Assembly (NCBI GenBank): GCA_029932445.1
Contig: JAOZQB010000002.1
Span: forward strand, 1-33,351
Length of the DNA: 33,351 nucleotides
From: Bacteroidales bacterium
Lineage (GTDB): Bacteria > Bacteroidota > Bacteroidia > Bacteroidales > JAADGE01
Direction of reading: 5' to 3'
Every line of letters starts with the position of its first letter. Within the stretch, counting starts at the first letter, position 1. The notes below the pieces were generated by a model. The model did no database searches. It was not told the origin of the DNA and saw only the letters and a program-made list of their open reading frames with translations. Made by a program: the position numbers and the translations under genes. This document shows positions 10,395-17,353 of the stretch, piece after piece.

Positions 10395-11312
10395 TTAAAT
10401 TCTTTCGGCTATTCTTAATTTTGCACTTCTTGATCGATTATTTTTTTCGATTTCTTTTTCATCGGGAACAATTACTTTTTTTGTTATTTCTTTAAAAAAC
10501 TTTTCTGAATTTCCGTAAATATCTTTATTCTCATTTCCTTCAAAGTCATTAAATTTTATATAATTTTTAACAAGTCGATCTTCCAATGAATGGTAACTTA
10601 AAACAACCAATCGACCGCCCGATTTAAGAACATCAGCCGTTTGATCTAACATTTTTTTCAAAACATCAATTTCGCTGTTTGTTTCAATACGCAATGCCTG
10701 ATATATTTTTGCAAAAATTTTATTCTTCTTTTCCGTTTTAATTGTTTCTTCAATTATTTTATTGAATTGTTCCGTGTTTTCAATTTTCCGAATTTCTCTT
10801 TTCATAATAATTGCCGAAGCCAACTTTTTCGCACTTTTTAATTCACCGTAGGTTCTGAAAATATAAATTAATTTATCTTCATCATATTCATTTAATATAT
10901 CGACAGACGATTTTTGTGCTTTTTGGTTCATTCTCATATCGGGAATTCCTTCGAATCGAAAAGAAAAACCTCTTTCTGCATCATTAAACTGATGTGACGA
11001 TACTCCGAGGTCTGCTAAAATTCCGTCAATTTTTTTAAAGCCGGCATACCGTAAGAAATTTGCGAAATATTCAAAATTTGCCTGAAAGAAAAAAAAGTTC
11101 TCAGGATATTTTTCAGATAATCTTTTTACATTTTTCAGAACATCAGCATCCTGATCAAAAGCAAATAATTTTCCGGTTTTCAAATGTTTTAAAATTTCTT
11201 CCGCATGTCCGCCTCCGCCGAATGTTAAATCCGCATATATTCCGTCAGGATTAATATTTAGTCCTTCAACGGATTGATTAAGCAAAACAGGAATATGATA
11301 GTTACCGGCCAT
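10395..11312 (-). CDS. rsmH: 16S rRNA (cytosine1402-N4)-methyltransferase RsmH (MraW)
   Basis: 305 aa. HIPVLL and TFGGGGH SAM-binding motifs. Second gene of the dcw cluster. Confidence 0.9.
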   Translation of the reverse strand: MAGNYHIPVLLNQSVEGLNINPDGIYADLTFGGGGHAEEILKHLKTGKLFAFDQDADVLKNVKRLSEKYPENFFFFQANFEYFANFLRYAGFKKIDGILADLGVSSHQFNDAERGFSFRFEGIPDMRMNQKAQKSSVDILNEYDEDKLIYIFRTYGELKSAKKLASAIIMKREIRKIENTEQFNKIIEETIKTEKKNKIFAKIYQALRIETNSEIDVLKKMLDQTADVLKSGGRLVVLSYHSLEDRLVKNYIKFNDFEGNENKDIYGNSEKFFKEITKKVIVPDEKEIEKNNRSRSAKLRIAERI

Positions 11313-11330
11313 ATTTTATTAAAACGGATA

Positions 11331-11792
11331 TTACAACAGGGGCAAATCGCCTCCCATAATTTCTTTTGCAAGTTCGGCAAATTCTTCAGCGCTTAAAGTA
11401 TGTTCTTCATAAACTTCTTTAGCCCAAATTTCAATTTTTCTGTCTTGACCGAACAGATATACATCTTTATTAATACCGGCATAAGCTGTTAAATTAGCCG
11501 GAATCAAAATTCGATTACCTGTATCAACCTTAACTTCTGCCGTACCTCTGTAAAATCCGCGAATAAAATCGGCGTGTTTAGGATTAAACGAATTTGTTTT
11601 GGCTCTGATAATTTCAATTTGACGGTCCCATTCTTCCGTAGTGTATAAAATCAAACATTTTTTATAAATGTCAGCTTTCAATACCATTTTATCAACGGCT
11701 CCTTCGGGTAATTGACGCAACAATGCAGACGGAATATTTATTCTTCCTTTTGCATCTGTTTTTGCCTTATGTTCACCTATCAAACCTGCCAT
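11331..11792 (-). CDS. mraZ: transcriptional regulator MraZ
   Basis: 153 aa from ATG 11792 (MAGLIGEHKAKTDAKGRINIP...). Two MraZ-type repeats (DAKGRINIP and DTGNRILIP). The ORF-track start at 11852 lies inside the operator and upstream of the -7 box, so I reject it. Confidence 0.85.
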   Translation of the reverse strand: MAGLIGEHKAKTDAKGRINIPSALLRQLPEGAVDKMVLKADIYKKCLILYTTEEWDRQIEIIRAKTNSFNPKHADFIRGFYRGTAEVKVDTGNRILIPANLTAYAGINKDVYLFGQDRKIEIWAKEVYEEHTLSAEEFAELAKEIMGGDLPLL

Positions 11793-11817
11793 CAATTCGT
11801 TTTTACAATACAGTTTA

Positions 11818-11825
11818 CAAATATA
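11818..11825 (-). promoter_or_regulatory. candidate Bacteroidota sigma-A -7 box (TATATTTG) of the dcw operon
   Basis: Exact TAnnTTTG match on the minus strand, 25 nt upstream of mraZ ATG 11792. A GTTG lies 19 nt further upstream as a possible -33 element. Confidence 0.5.
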
Positions 11826-11830
11826 ATGCA

Positions 11831-11870
11831 AATTTTCCACAATGCAACACATTTACCCACTTTCAAACAC
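11831..11870 (-). promoter_or_regulatory. candidate MraZ operator: four head-to-tail 10-bp units GTGTTTGAAA GTGGGTAAAT GTGTTGCATT GTGGAAAATT
   Basis: On the plus strand each 10-nt block ends in CAC: aattttccac aatgcaacac atttacccac tttcaaacac. Exact 10-bp phasing, directly upstream of and overlapping the -33 region of the mraZ promoter. Confidence 0.6.
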
Positions 11871-11973
11871 ATGATAAGTTATTCTACATATTAACAATTA
11901 ATGTATTTTATTGATTATCTGATTATTATTATAATTGACTGAATATCGGGTGTTTATAAAAACAGAAGAAAAA

Positions 11974-11981
11974 TAAATTTG
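11974..11981 (+). promoter_or_regulatory. candidate -7 box (TAAATTTG) for the acyltransferase gene
   Basis: Exact TAnnTTTG, ~58 nt upstream of ATG 12039. The ORF-track TTG start (11979) is the TTG of this box. Confidence 0.45.
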
Positions 11982-12038
11982 ACTACTGTTATTCAAAATA
12001 TTATTTTTGCAAAAACAACACGTTTTACAATTAATTTT

Positions 12039-12896
12039 ATGGAAAACAGTAAAACACCGTTAATTGATATACATAAGGTTATTAAAAATAAAAACCCTAA
12101 ATTATACAAACAATTACCCGGGTTTTTAATTAATTACTTAAAAAAAGTTATTCGCCAAGATGAATTAAATGCATTTATCAAGCAAAATAACCAATATTCA
12201 GGAATTGAATTTCTTAGAAAATCATTTGAATATTTCAATGTTAAAGCAGAAGTAGAAGGGTGGGAAAATTTTCCGAAAAACAGCAAAATTATAATTGCAG
12301 CCAATCATCCTGCCGGAAGTTTTGACGGATTATTTATCATAGATACCTGCTTCAGAAAATACGGAAAAGCAAAAGCATTAGTTAATGATTTACTCTTAAA
12401 TATTAAAAATTTAAATGAATTTTTTATGGGTGTCAATTTATACGGGAAAACACACAGAAATGATTTGCTTGAAATTAACAATATTTTTGAATCGGATATG
12501 CCCGTAATTTTTTTCCCTGCCGGATTGGTTTCAAGGAGGAATAAAAAAGTAATCAAAGATTTAGAATGGAAAAAAGCTTTTGTAAGTCAGGCTATTAAAC
12601 ATAAAAGAGACATTGTTCCCATTCATATTTCAGGAAAATTAAGCAATAAATATTATACCGTGGCAAACCTTCGTAAATCATTGAAAATTAAAGCAAATAT
12701 TGAACTTTTTTTATTAGCTCAAGAAGCAACGAAGCAACGAAATGCCTACTATAAAATCAAAATCGGCAAACTAATTCCATATCAATCATTAACTGCTGAT
12801 TTTAAAGAAATTGAATGGGCACAAAAAATAAAAGAACATGTCTATGAAACTGAAAAAAACATAAATTCTGATTTCACGATTACTAAAAAAAGTTAA
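12039..12896 (+). CDS. lysophospholipid/lyso-aminolipid O-acyltransferase (PlsC/OlsA/GlsA-like)
   Basis: 285 aa from ATG 12039 (MENSKTPL...). Acyltransferase catalytic box AANHPAGSFDG and FFPAGLVSR (FPEG-like motif). Adjacent to an OlsB/GlsB-like N-acyltransferase. Confidence 0.65.
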   Translation: MENSKTPLIDIHKVIKNKNPKLYKQLPGFLINYLKKVIRQDELNAFIKQNNQYSGIEFLRKSFEYFNVKAEVEGWENFPKNSKIIIAANHPAGSFDGLFIIDTCFRKYGKAKALVNDLLLNIKNLNEFFMGVNLYGKTHRNDLLEINNIFESDMPVIFFPAGLVSRRNKKVIKDLEWKKAFVSQAIKHKRDIVPIHISGKLSNKYYTVANLRKSLKIKANIELFLLAQEATKQRNAYYKIKIGKLIPYQSLTADFKEIEWAQKIKEHVYETEKNINSDFTITKKS

Positions 12897-12944
12897 AATA
12901 TAAATTACAAATAATAAAAATATGTAATTAAATATATTTTTATG

Positions 12945-12952
12945 TAACTTTG
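12945..12952 (+). promoter_or_regulatory. candidate -7 box (TAACTTTG) for the N-acyltransferase gene
   Basis: Exact TAnnTTTG, 27 nt upstream of ATG 12980. The ORF-track TTG start (12950) lies inside it. Confidence 0.45.
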
Positions 12953-12979
12953 TATGTTAAAATTCAGTTTCAATTTAAT

Positions 12980-13897
12980 ATGAAAGATATAATTTCGCCG
13001 ATTGACACAGAACTTCTACTGTCAGAATTAACCCAAGATAAATTTATGCGTTATACCAATTACGGGAATAATGCCATTTATGTTTGTACGGCGCATAACT
13101 CACCGAATGTGATGAAAGAAATCGGCAGATTAAGAGAAGTTTCATTCAGAAATGCCGGCGGCGGAACCGGAAAAGAAGCCGATATTGACCAATATGATAC
13201 GGCAGAAATACCTTACAGCCAACTGATTGTGTGGAACAGTGAAGAAAAAGAAATATTGGGCGGATATCGTTTTATAAACCTTAATAATATTCCCGTTCAT
13301 CAACATTCCGGACTCAAATTAGCAACGCAAGGATTATTGGAATTTTCCGATAAATTTATTAATGAATACCTCCCGTATACAATAGAGCTTGGTCGGTCCT
13401 TTGTGAGACCGGAAGTTCAGTCTTCAAATGCCGGAAGAAAAACTTTATTTGCTTTGGATAATTTGTGGGACGGTTTAGGAGCTTTAATTAAACATAATCC
13501 GAATGTTAAATATTTTTTCGGTAAAGTTACCATGTACACTCATTTTGAGAAATTTTCGCGAGATTTAATCCTCTATTTTATGAACCGGCATTTTAAAGAC
13601 GACGAACATCTTGTATATCCGATTGCTCCGCTTAAGTATCATCATCCGGAAAAAGAATTGGCAAAATATTTTGAAGGACATAATTTTGCCGAAAACAAGA
13701 AAATATTATCAAAAGAAGTTCGAGCCAGAGGAGAAAATATTCCGCCCTTAATTAATTCATACATGAGTTTATCCGAATCCATGAAATGTTTCGGCACCTC
13801 AATTAATACTCATTTCGGAGATGTTGAAGAAACCGGAATCTTAATTACGGTTGATGACATTTATGAAAGCAAGAAAAAAAGACATTTACAATTTTAA
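12980..13897 (+). CDS. GNAT-fold N-acyl amino acid synthase (OlsB/GlsB-like, so-called hemolysin-like N-acyltransferase)
   Basis: 305 aa from ATG 12980 (MKDIISPID...). Signature LREVSFRNAGGGTGKEADIDQYD, typical of the aminolipid N-acyltransferase family. Paired with the O-acyltransferase. Confidence 0.65.
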   Translation: MKDIISPIDTELLLSELTQDKFMRYTNYGNNAIYVCTAHNSPNVMKEIGRLREVSFRNAGGGTGKEADIDQYDTAEIPYSQLIVWNSEEKEILGGYRFINLNNIPVHQHSGLKLATQGLLEFSDKFINEYLPYTIELGRSFVRPEVQSSNAGRKTLFALDNLWDGLGALIKHNPNVKYFFGKVTMYTHFEKFSRDLILYFMNRHFKDDEHLVYPIAPLKYHHPEKELAKYFEGHNFAENKKILSKEVRARGENIPPLINSYMSLSESMKCFGTSINTHFGDVEETGILITVDDIYESKKKRHLQF

Positions 13898-13905
13898 TAT
13901 CCTTA

Positions 13906-14448
13906 ATGAAGCAACTTCTGATTATTATTTTTATTTTTTTCCGTATTTATTCATATTCACAGGAATATGACCCTTATACCTATCAGGATATCAAAAAAAA
14001 ACCGGAAGTAAATAATAATATATTTTTCGGCGGCGGTTTCGGTTTGCAATTCGGAACATTCACGACCGTAAAATTTACACCTGAAGTCGGATATAAAATT
14101 ACGGATAATTTGGATATCGGAATCGGACTTTATTATTTATATACCAAAAACAATCTTTATCACTACTCCGATCATATTTACGGCGGAAAAATTTTTTCAA
14201 GATTCTATATTACGCCGAATTTCTTTCTTACCGGAGAATATGAAACTTTAAATATCGCGGATTATGATATTTATACCGGACAATACACGGGAAAACGCAT
14301 TTTTATTGACGGATTTCCTTTGGGAATCGGGTGGCGACAACAATTAGGCAACAGATTTGCTGTCTTAACTACCCTGATGTACAATGTATTACAAAGTGAA
14401 AAAACACCTTATTCAAATCCGATTTTTCGAGTCAGTTTTATTTATTAA
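13906..14448 (+). CDS. small outer-membrane beta-barrel protein (hypothetical)
   Basis: 180 aa. Signal peptide (MKQLLIIIFIFFRIYSYS/QE), alternating aromatic/Gly-rich beta-strand pattern, C-terminal aromatic residue (FRVSFIY). Starts 8 nt after the N-acyltransferase stop. Confidence 0.55.
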   Translation: MKQLLIIIFIFFRIYSYSQEYDPYTYQDIKKKPEVNNNIFFGGGFGLQFGTFTTVKFTPEVGYKITDNLDIGIGLYYLYTKNNLYHYSDHIYGGKIFSRFYITPNFFLTGEYETLNIADYDIYTGQYTGKRIFIDGFPLGIGWRQQLGNRFAVLTTLMYNVLQSEKTPYSNPIFRVSFIY

Positions 14449-14720
14449 AAAAGGTGAAATTTTGCAACAGCAAGCCAATATAAAACCATTACGATTGCAG
14501 CGAAAAAAAATGTCCTTGCATATTTATTAATTCGGATGGCTTTTGCTTCATTAAATTTTGATTTTATTCCAATCAGAAGAAATCCCAAACCCGTAAAAAC
14601 AAAAATTCCGAGACTTACAAAATCATCATTCATTAAATAATTCAATACGGAAATAACAATCATTAAGAGTCCGGCAATCAGTGCAATATAATTTATTTTA
14701 TTTTTTTCAGGCATTATCAA
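14445..14720 (-). CDS. small integral membrane protein (3 predicted TM segments), hypothetical
   Basis: 91 aa, strongly hydrophobic. Its start overlaps the stop of the upstream gene by 14 nt, which suggests co-translation. Confidence 0.5.
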   Translation of the reverse strand: MIMPEKNKINYIALIAGLLMIVISVLNYLMNDDFVSLGIFVFTGLGFLLIGIKSKFNEAKAIRINKYARTFFFAAIVMVLYWLAVAKFHLF

Positions 14721-15549
14721 AAAGATTTAAAATTCGTTTTATTTCTTCTGTTTTTGTTTTATCGTTTTTTTGAATGTAAGAATTCATTAAAAATTTCAGC
14801 AATCGTTTTATTATGTGCTTATTAGAACATGGTTTAAAAAATTGCTCTTTATGTTTTATTTTATGATTTTTTAAAAATCTGCTGATATCGTTTTTTGTTA
14901 CAACAGCCCCTTTATTTAGCGGATTTATATAAAAAAGAGCTTCTCCGGAACGTTCATCTTTAAACATTAATAAAAAATTTCTCGGAAAGTCCACTCCGTA
15001 AACCGGCAATCCGAGCTTTTGAGAAATGTAAATATAAACAACGGCAATCAGAACATCATTGCTTTTTTTATTATCTAATACTTTATTTAAAAACGAAGTT
15101 TCGGGATTGATGATATTTGAAAAATCCGGTGTAAAACGATAGACATCATACAATACATGGTTAATCTTTCTGATTTGTTGCAAACCGGTTAAATAAAAAT
15201 TAATTTCGGATCGTAATGCCGAAACTATTTTATTCAATTTATCCTCAACATCTTCATAAACAATTTCCGGATATTGATATTTTGCTATCAAAAATGCCCC
15301 GTATAACAATCGTTTATCATTTTTCAACCATTCTTTAAAATCTTCGTCAGATTTTTGAAGCCGGTGTTGCCTGATAATATCCTTTGCTCTTTCTGTTAAT
15401 AAACTATTTTCTGAAGTTGAAACAACGATTTCCAAGTCCGAAATTATATCTGATTCAGATTGTAACAACTTCTTGCGAACGGCATTATAAACAAAAGCAT
15501 CTTTATCATCTAAAAGATTTATTAATGCTTGTAATTCTTGTTTTTTCAT
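14707..15549 (-). CDS. transglutaminase-like (SirB1 N-terminal / Transglut_core2-like) family protein
   Basis: 280 aa. The segment PRNFLLMFKDERSGEALFYINPLNKGAVV resembles the HFLLR...IDPFxG core of the SirB1/YchA family. Recalled pattern only. Confidence 0.45.
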   Translation of the reverse strand: MKKQELQALINLLDDKDAFVYNAVRKKLLQSESDIISDLEIVVSTSENSLLTERAKDIIRQHRLQKSDEDFKEWLKNDKRLLYGAFLIAKYQYPEIVYEDVEDKLNKIVSALRSEINFYLTGLQQIRKINHVLYDVYRFTPDFSNIINPETSFLNKVLDNKKSNDVLIAVVYIYISQKLGLPVYGVDFPRNFLLMFKDERSGEALFYINPLNKGAVVTKNDISRFLKNHKIKHKEQFFKPCSNKHIIKRLLKFLMNSYIQKNDKTKTEEIKRILNLFDNA

Positions 15550-15567
15550 CCGCTTAATTATTATTAT

Positions 15568-16440
15568 TTAAGAAAGTAAACGATCCAAAACCGTGACGAC
15601 TAATTTTTCTACGGCAACTTTATAATTTACGCTGTATTCTTTGCGCATTCGATTTGCAATGATACTGCAAACAGTTAAAGCATTGTGTCCCATTAATTTA
15701 GAAAGACCTGCAATAGCCGAACTTTCCATTTCGTAATTTGTGATTTTTTTTCCCTGATAGTCGAAAGCAGAGATTTTGGAATTTAAATCCGGATCAACCG
15801 TATTCAATCTTATAATTCTGCCCTGCGGACCGTAAAAACCGGGAGCAGAAATCGTCATCCCTTTTCGCATGTCATAACCGATTTTTTCTGTAAGTTCTTT
15901 TGAAGCATCCACAAAATAAGGGGTTGCTAATTTTGTATCCCAACCGGTATATTTTAAAAATTTTGTTTGTAAATCTTCATTTCCTAATTGATTTCTTCCT
16001 TCATAAAAATTCAATAAACCGTCAAAACCGATTGACATTTCCGAAACAACAGGCGTATCAACAGGAATATCGGCTTGCAAAGCTCCGGAAGTTCCGATAC
16101 GAACCAAATTTAATGTGCGATGACCTTTTTTGGGAATGCGTTTATCTAAATCAACATTAGCAAGAGCATCCAACTCCGTGACTACAATATCAATATTATC
16201 GGTTCCTATTCCGGTTGACAAAACGGTAATAGGTTTGCCTTTATAAGTTCCGGTATGTGTTACAAATTCACGATTATATGCCTTAAAATCAACGGTTTCA
16301 AAATAATTTGAAACCATTTCAACTCGTCCTTGATCACCGACAAGAATAATATTATCCGCAATATTTTCGGGTTTTAAATGCAAATGAAAAATTGTTCCGT
16401 CACCGTTCAAGATTAATTCTGATTCACCTATTCTTTCCAT
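15568..16440 (-). CDS. nucleoside phosphorylase, PNP/UDP-1 family (uridine phosphorylase-like)
   Basis: 290 aa. VGDQGR, VRIGTSGALQ and YEMESSAIAG motifs of the PNP_UDP_1 family. Confidence 0.7.
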   Translation of the reverse strand: MERIGESELILNGDGTIFHLHLKPENIADNIILVGDQGRVEMVSNYFETVDFKAYNREFVTHTGTYKGKPITVLSTGIGTDNIDIVVTELDALANVDLDKRIPKKGHRTLNLVRIGTSGALQADIPVDTPVVSEMSIGFDGLLNFYEGRNQLGNEDLQTKFLKYTGWDTKLATPYFVDASKELTEKIGYDMRKGMTISAPGFYGPQGRIIRLNTVDPDLNSKISAFDYQGKKITNYEMESSAIAGLSKLMGHNALTVCSIIANRMRKEYSVNYKVAVEKLVVTVLDRLLS

Positions 16441-16471
16441 ATTTTAAATTCTTAAAATTTTGAATAAACAG

Positions 16472-16479
16472 CAAAGATA
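16472..16479 (-). promoter_or_regulatory. candidate -7 box (TATCTTTG) for the nucleoside phosphorylase gene
   Basis: Exact TAnnTTTG on the minus strand, 31 nt upstream of ATG 16440. Confidence 0.45.
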
Positions 16480-16698
16480 CAGTTTTCATTATTTCTATAA
16501 CAATACTTAAAAGATAATTTTAAGAAAAATTGATAATTTTAAATTGAATCGAAAGATTTTGTTTTCATTTTTCCCCGTATAATCTGTCGTAAAAAAATTT
16601 AATAAAAAGTTTACGAAAATTTGAAACATTCATTTAATTTTACCGTATATCTTTTAAGAGAATACCGACAAAAAATTTAACAATTAAGTTATTCTATA

Positions 16699-17133
16699 AT
16701 GGAAACCATATCTTATAAATCACAAAAACTTTTACCGGGCGTCATTTTAGATAAACAATCCGGCACATTTCAAATTTACGGAAAATCGTGTCCCGAGAAC
16801 GCTGCTGAATTTTACAAACCCATATTTAATTGGTTTGATCAATACAAAAAAAATCCTTTAGGAAGTACAACTTTGGATTTTAAAATGACCTATTTTAATA
16901 CTGTATCAGCAAAAGTTTTTTATATGATTATCGCAAAAATGGAAGATTTATCTGATTCGGGTCACGATGTAAAAATAAGATGGTATTATCCGGCAGGTGA
17001 TGAAGACGTAGAAGAAGCAGGCGAAGAATTTGATGATATTTTTAAACTGGAATTTGAGCATATTTCAGTCGTAACCGAAACAAATGAACCGGAAGAATTA
17101 GATATGGATGAGTATTTAAATGACATCATTTAA
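16699..17133 (+). CDS. SiaC-like (DUF1987) regulatory phosphoprotein family member with acidic C-terminal tail
   Basis: 144 aa. Pattern GTFQIYGKSCPENAAEFYKPIFNWF...LDFKMTYFNTVSAKVF...VKIRWYYPAGDEDVEEAGEEF matches the DUF1987/SiaC family signature: G.S.PEN..FY.P...W, YFNT/S.S.K, W.Y...DED..E.GE. Confidence 0.75.
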   Translation: METISYKSQKLLPGVILDKQSGTFQIYGKSCPENAAEFYKPIFNWFDQYKKNPLGSTTLDFKMTYFNTVSAKVFYMIIAKMEDLSDSGHDVKIRWYYPAGDEDVEEAGEEFDDIFKLEFEHISVVTETNEPEELDMDEYLNDII

Positions 17134-17353
17134 CCCACATTATTCACCGATTTATTTTTTAAACCCCAAAAACCTTATAAACATATAGGGTTACAATAAT
17201 TATTACCGAAAACAGGCATACTCAAATTTGGGTTATCTTGAAATTATCTTCACGCATCTGCTTCGTTGCAAAACCTTCGAAATATATGTATATGTCTTCG
17301 GGTTTCGTCGCCTTGCATCTGCATAAAGCTAATTTCATGAATAATACGGGTTA
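17131..17353. repeat. 18-nt inverted terminal motifs (TAACCCACATTATTCACC / CATGAATAATACGGGTTA) bracketing the whole 217-nt convergent intergenic region
   Basis: The arms at 17131-17148 and 17336-17353 both include the stop codons of the flanking genes. The right arm's reverse complement is 17/18 identical to 24871-24888. The interior contains further hairpins (17171-17192 and 17268-17308). Confidence 0.6.

Noticed and set aside
269-11254. Plus-strand ORFs inside the dcw genes (269-454, 3817-4182, 4635-4874, 6619-6837, 8238-8465, 8527-8715, 9351-9716, 11060-11254).
   Set aside because: Each is antisense to a confidently identified cell-wall or division gene. All are short, with Phe/Ile/Ser-rich nonsense-like composition and no independent signals.
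11712-11914. N-terminal extension of mraZ to 11852, and the plus-strand ORFs 11712-11894 and 11723-11914.
   Set aside because: The extension would start inside the phased operator repeats, upstream of the -7 box. MraZ homologues begin near MxGxxG...D.KGR, which is satisfied by ATG 11792. The plus-strand ORFs overlap the mraZ 5' end and promoter and look like noise.
14445-14448. Convergent genes whose stop codons overlap in the tetranucleotide TTAA (13906-14448 plus strand, 14445-14720 minus strand), with no room for a terminator.
   Set aside because: The overlap is real but trivial. Such overlaps are common in compact genomes, and termination may occur inside the opposing gene. I see no further signal.
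16575-16585. E. coli-like TATAAT hexamer (cgTATAATct) upstream of the SiaC-like gene.
   Set aside because: Bacteroidota primary sigma factors use TAnnTTTG rather than TATAAT. The hexamer is expected by chance in AT-rich DNA. Only a one-mismatch box (TATCTTTT, 16648-16655) is present for this gene, so I did not list a promoter feature.
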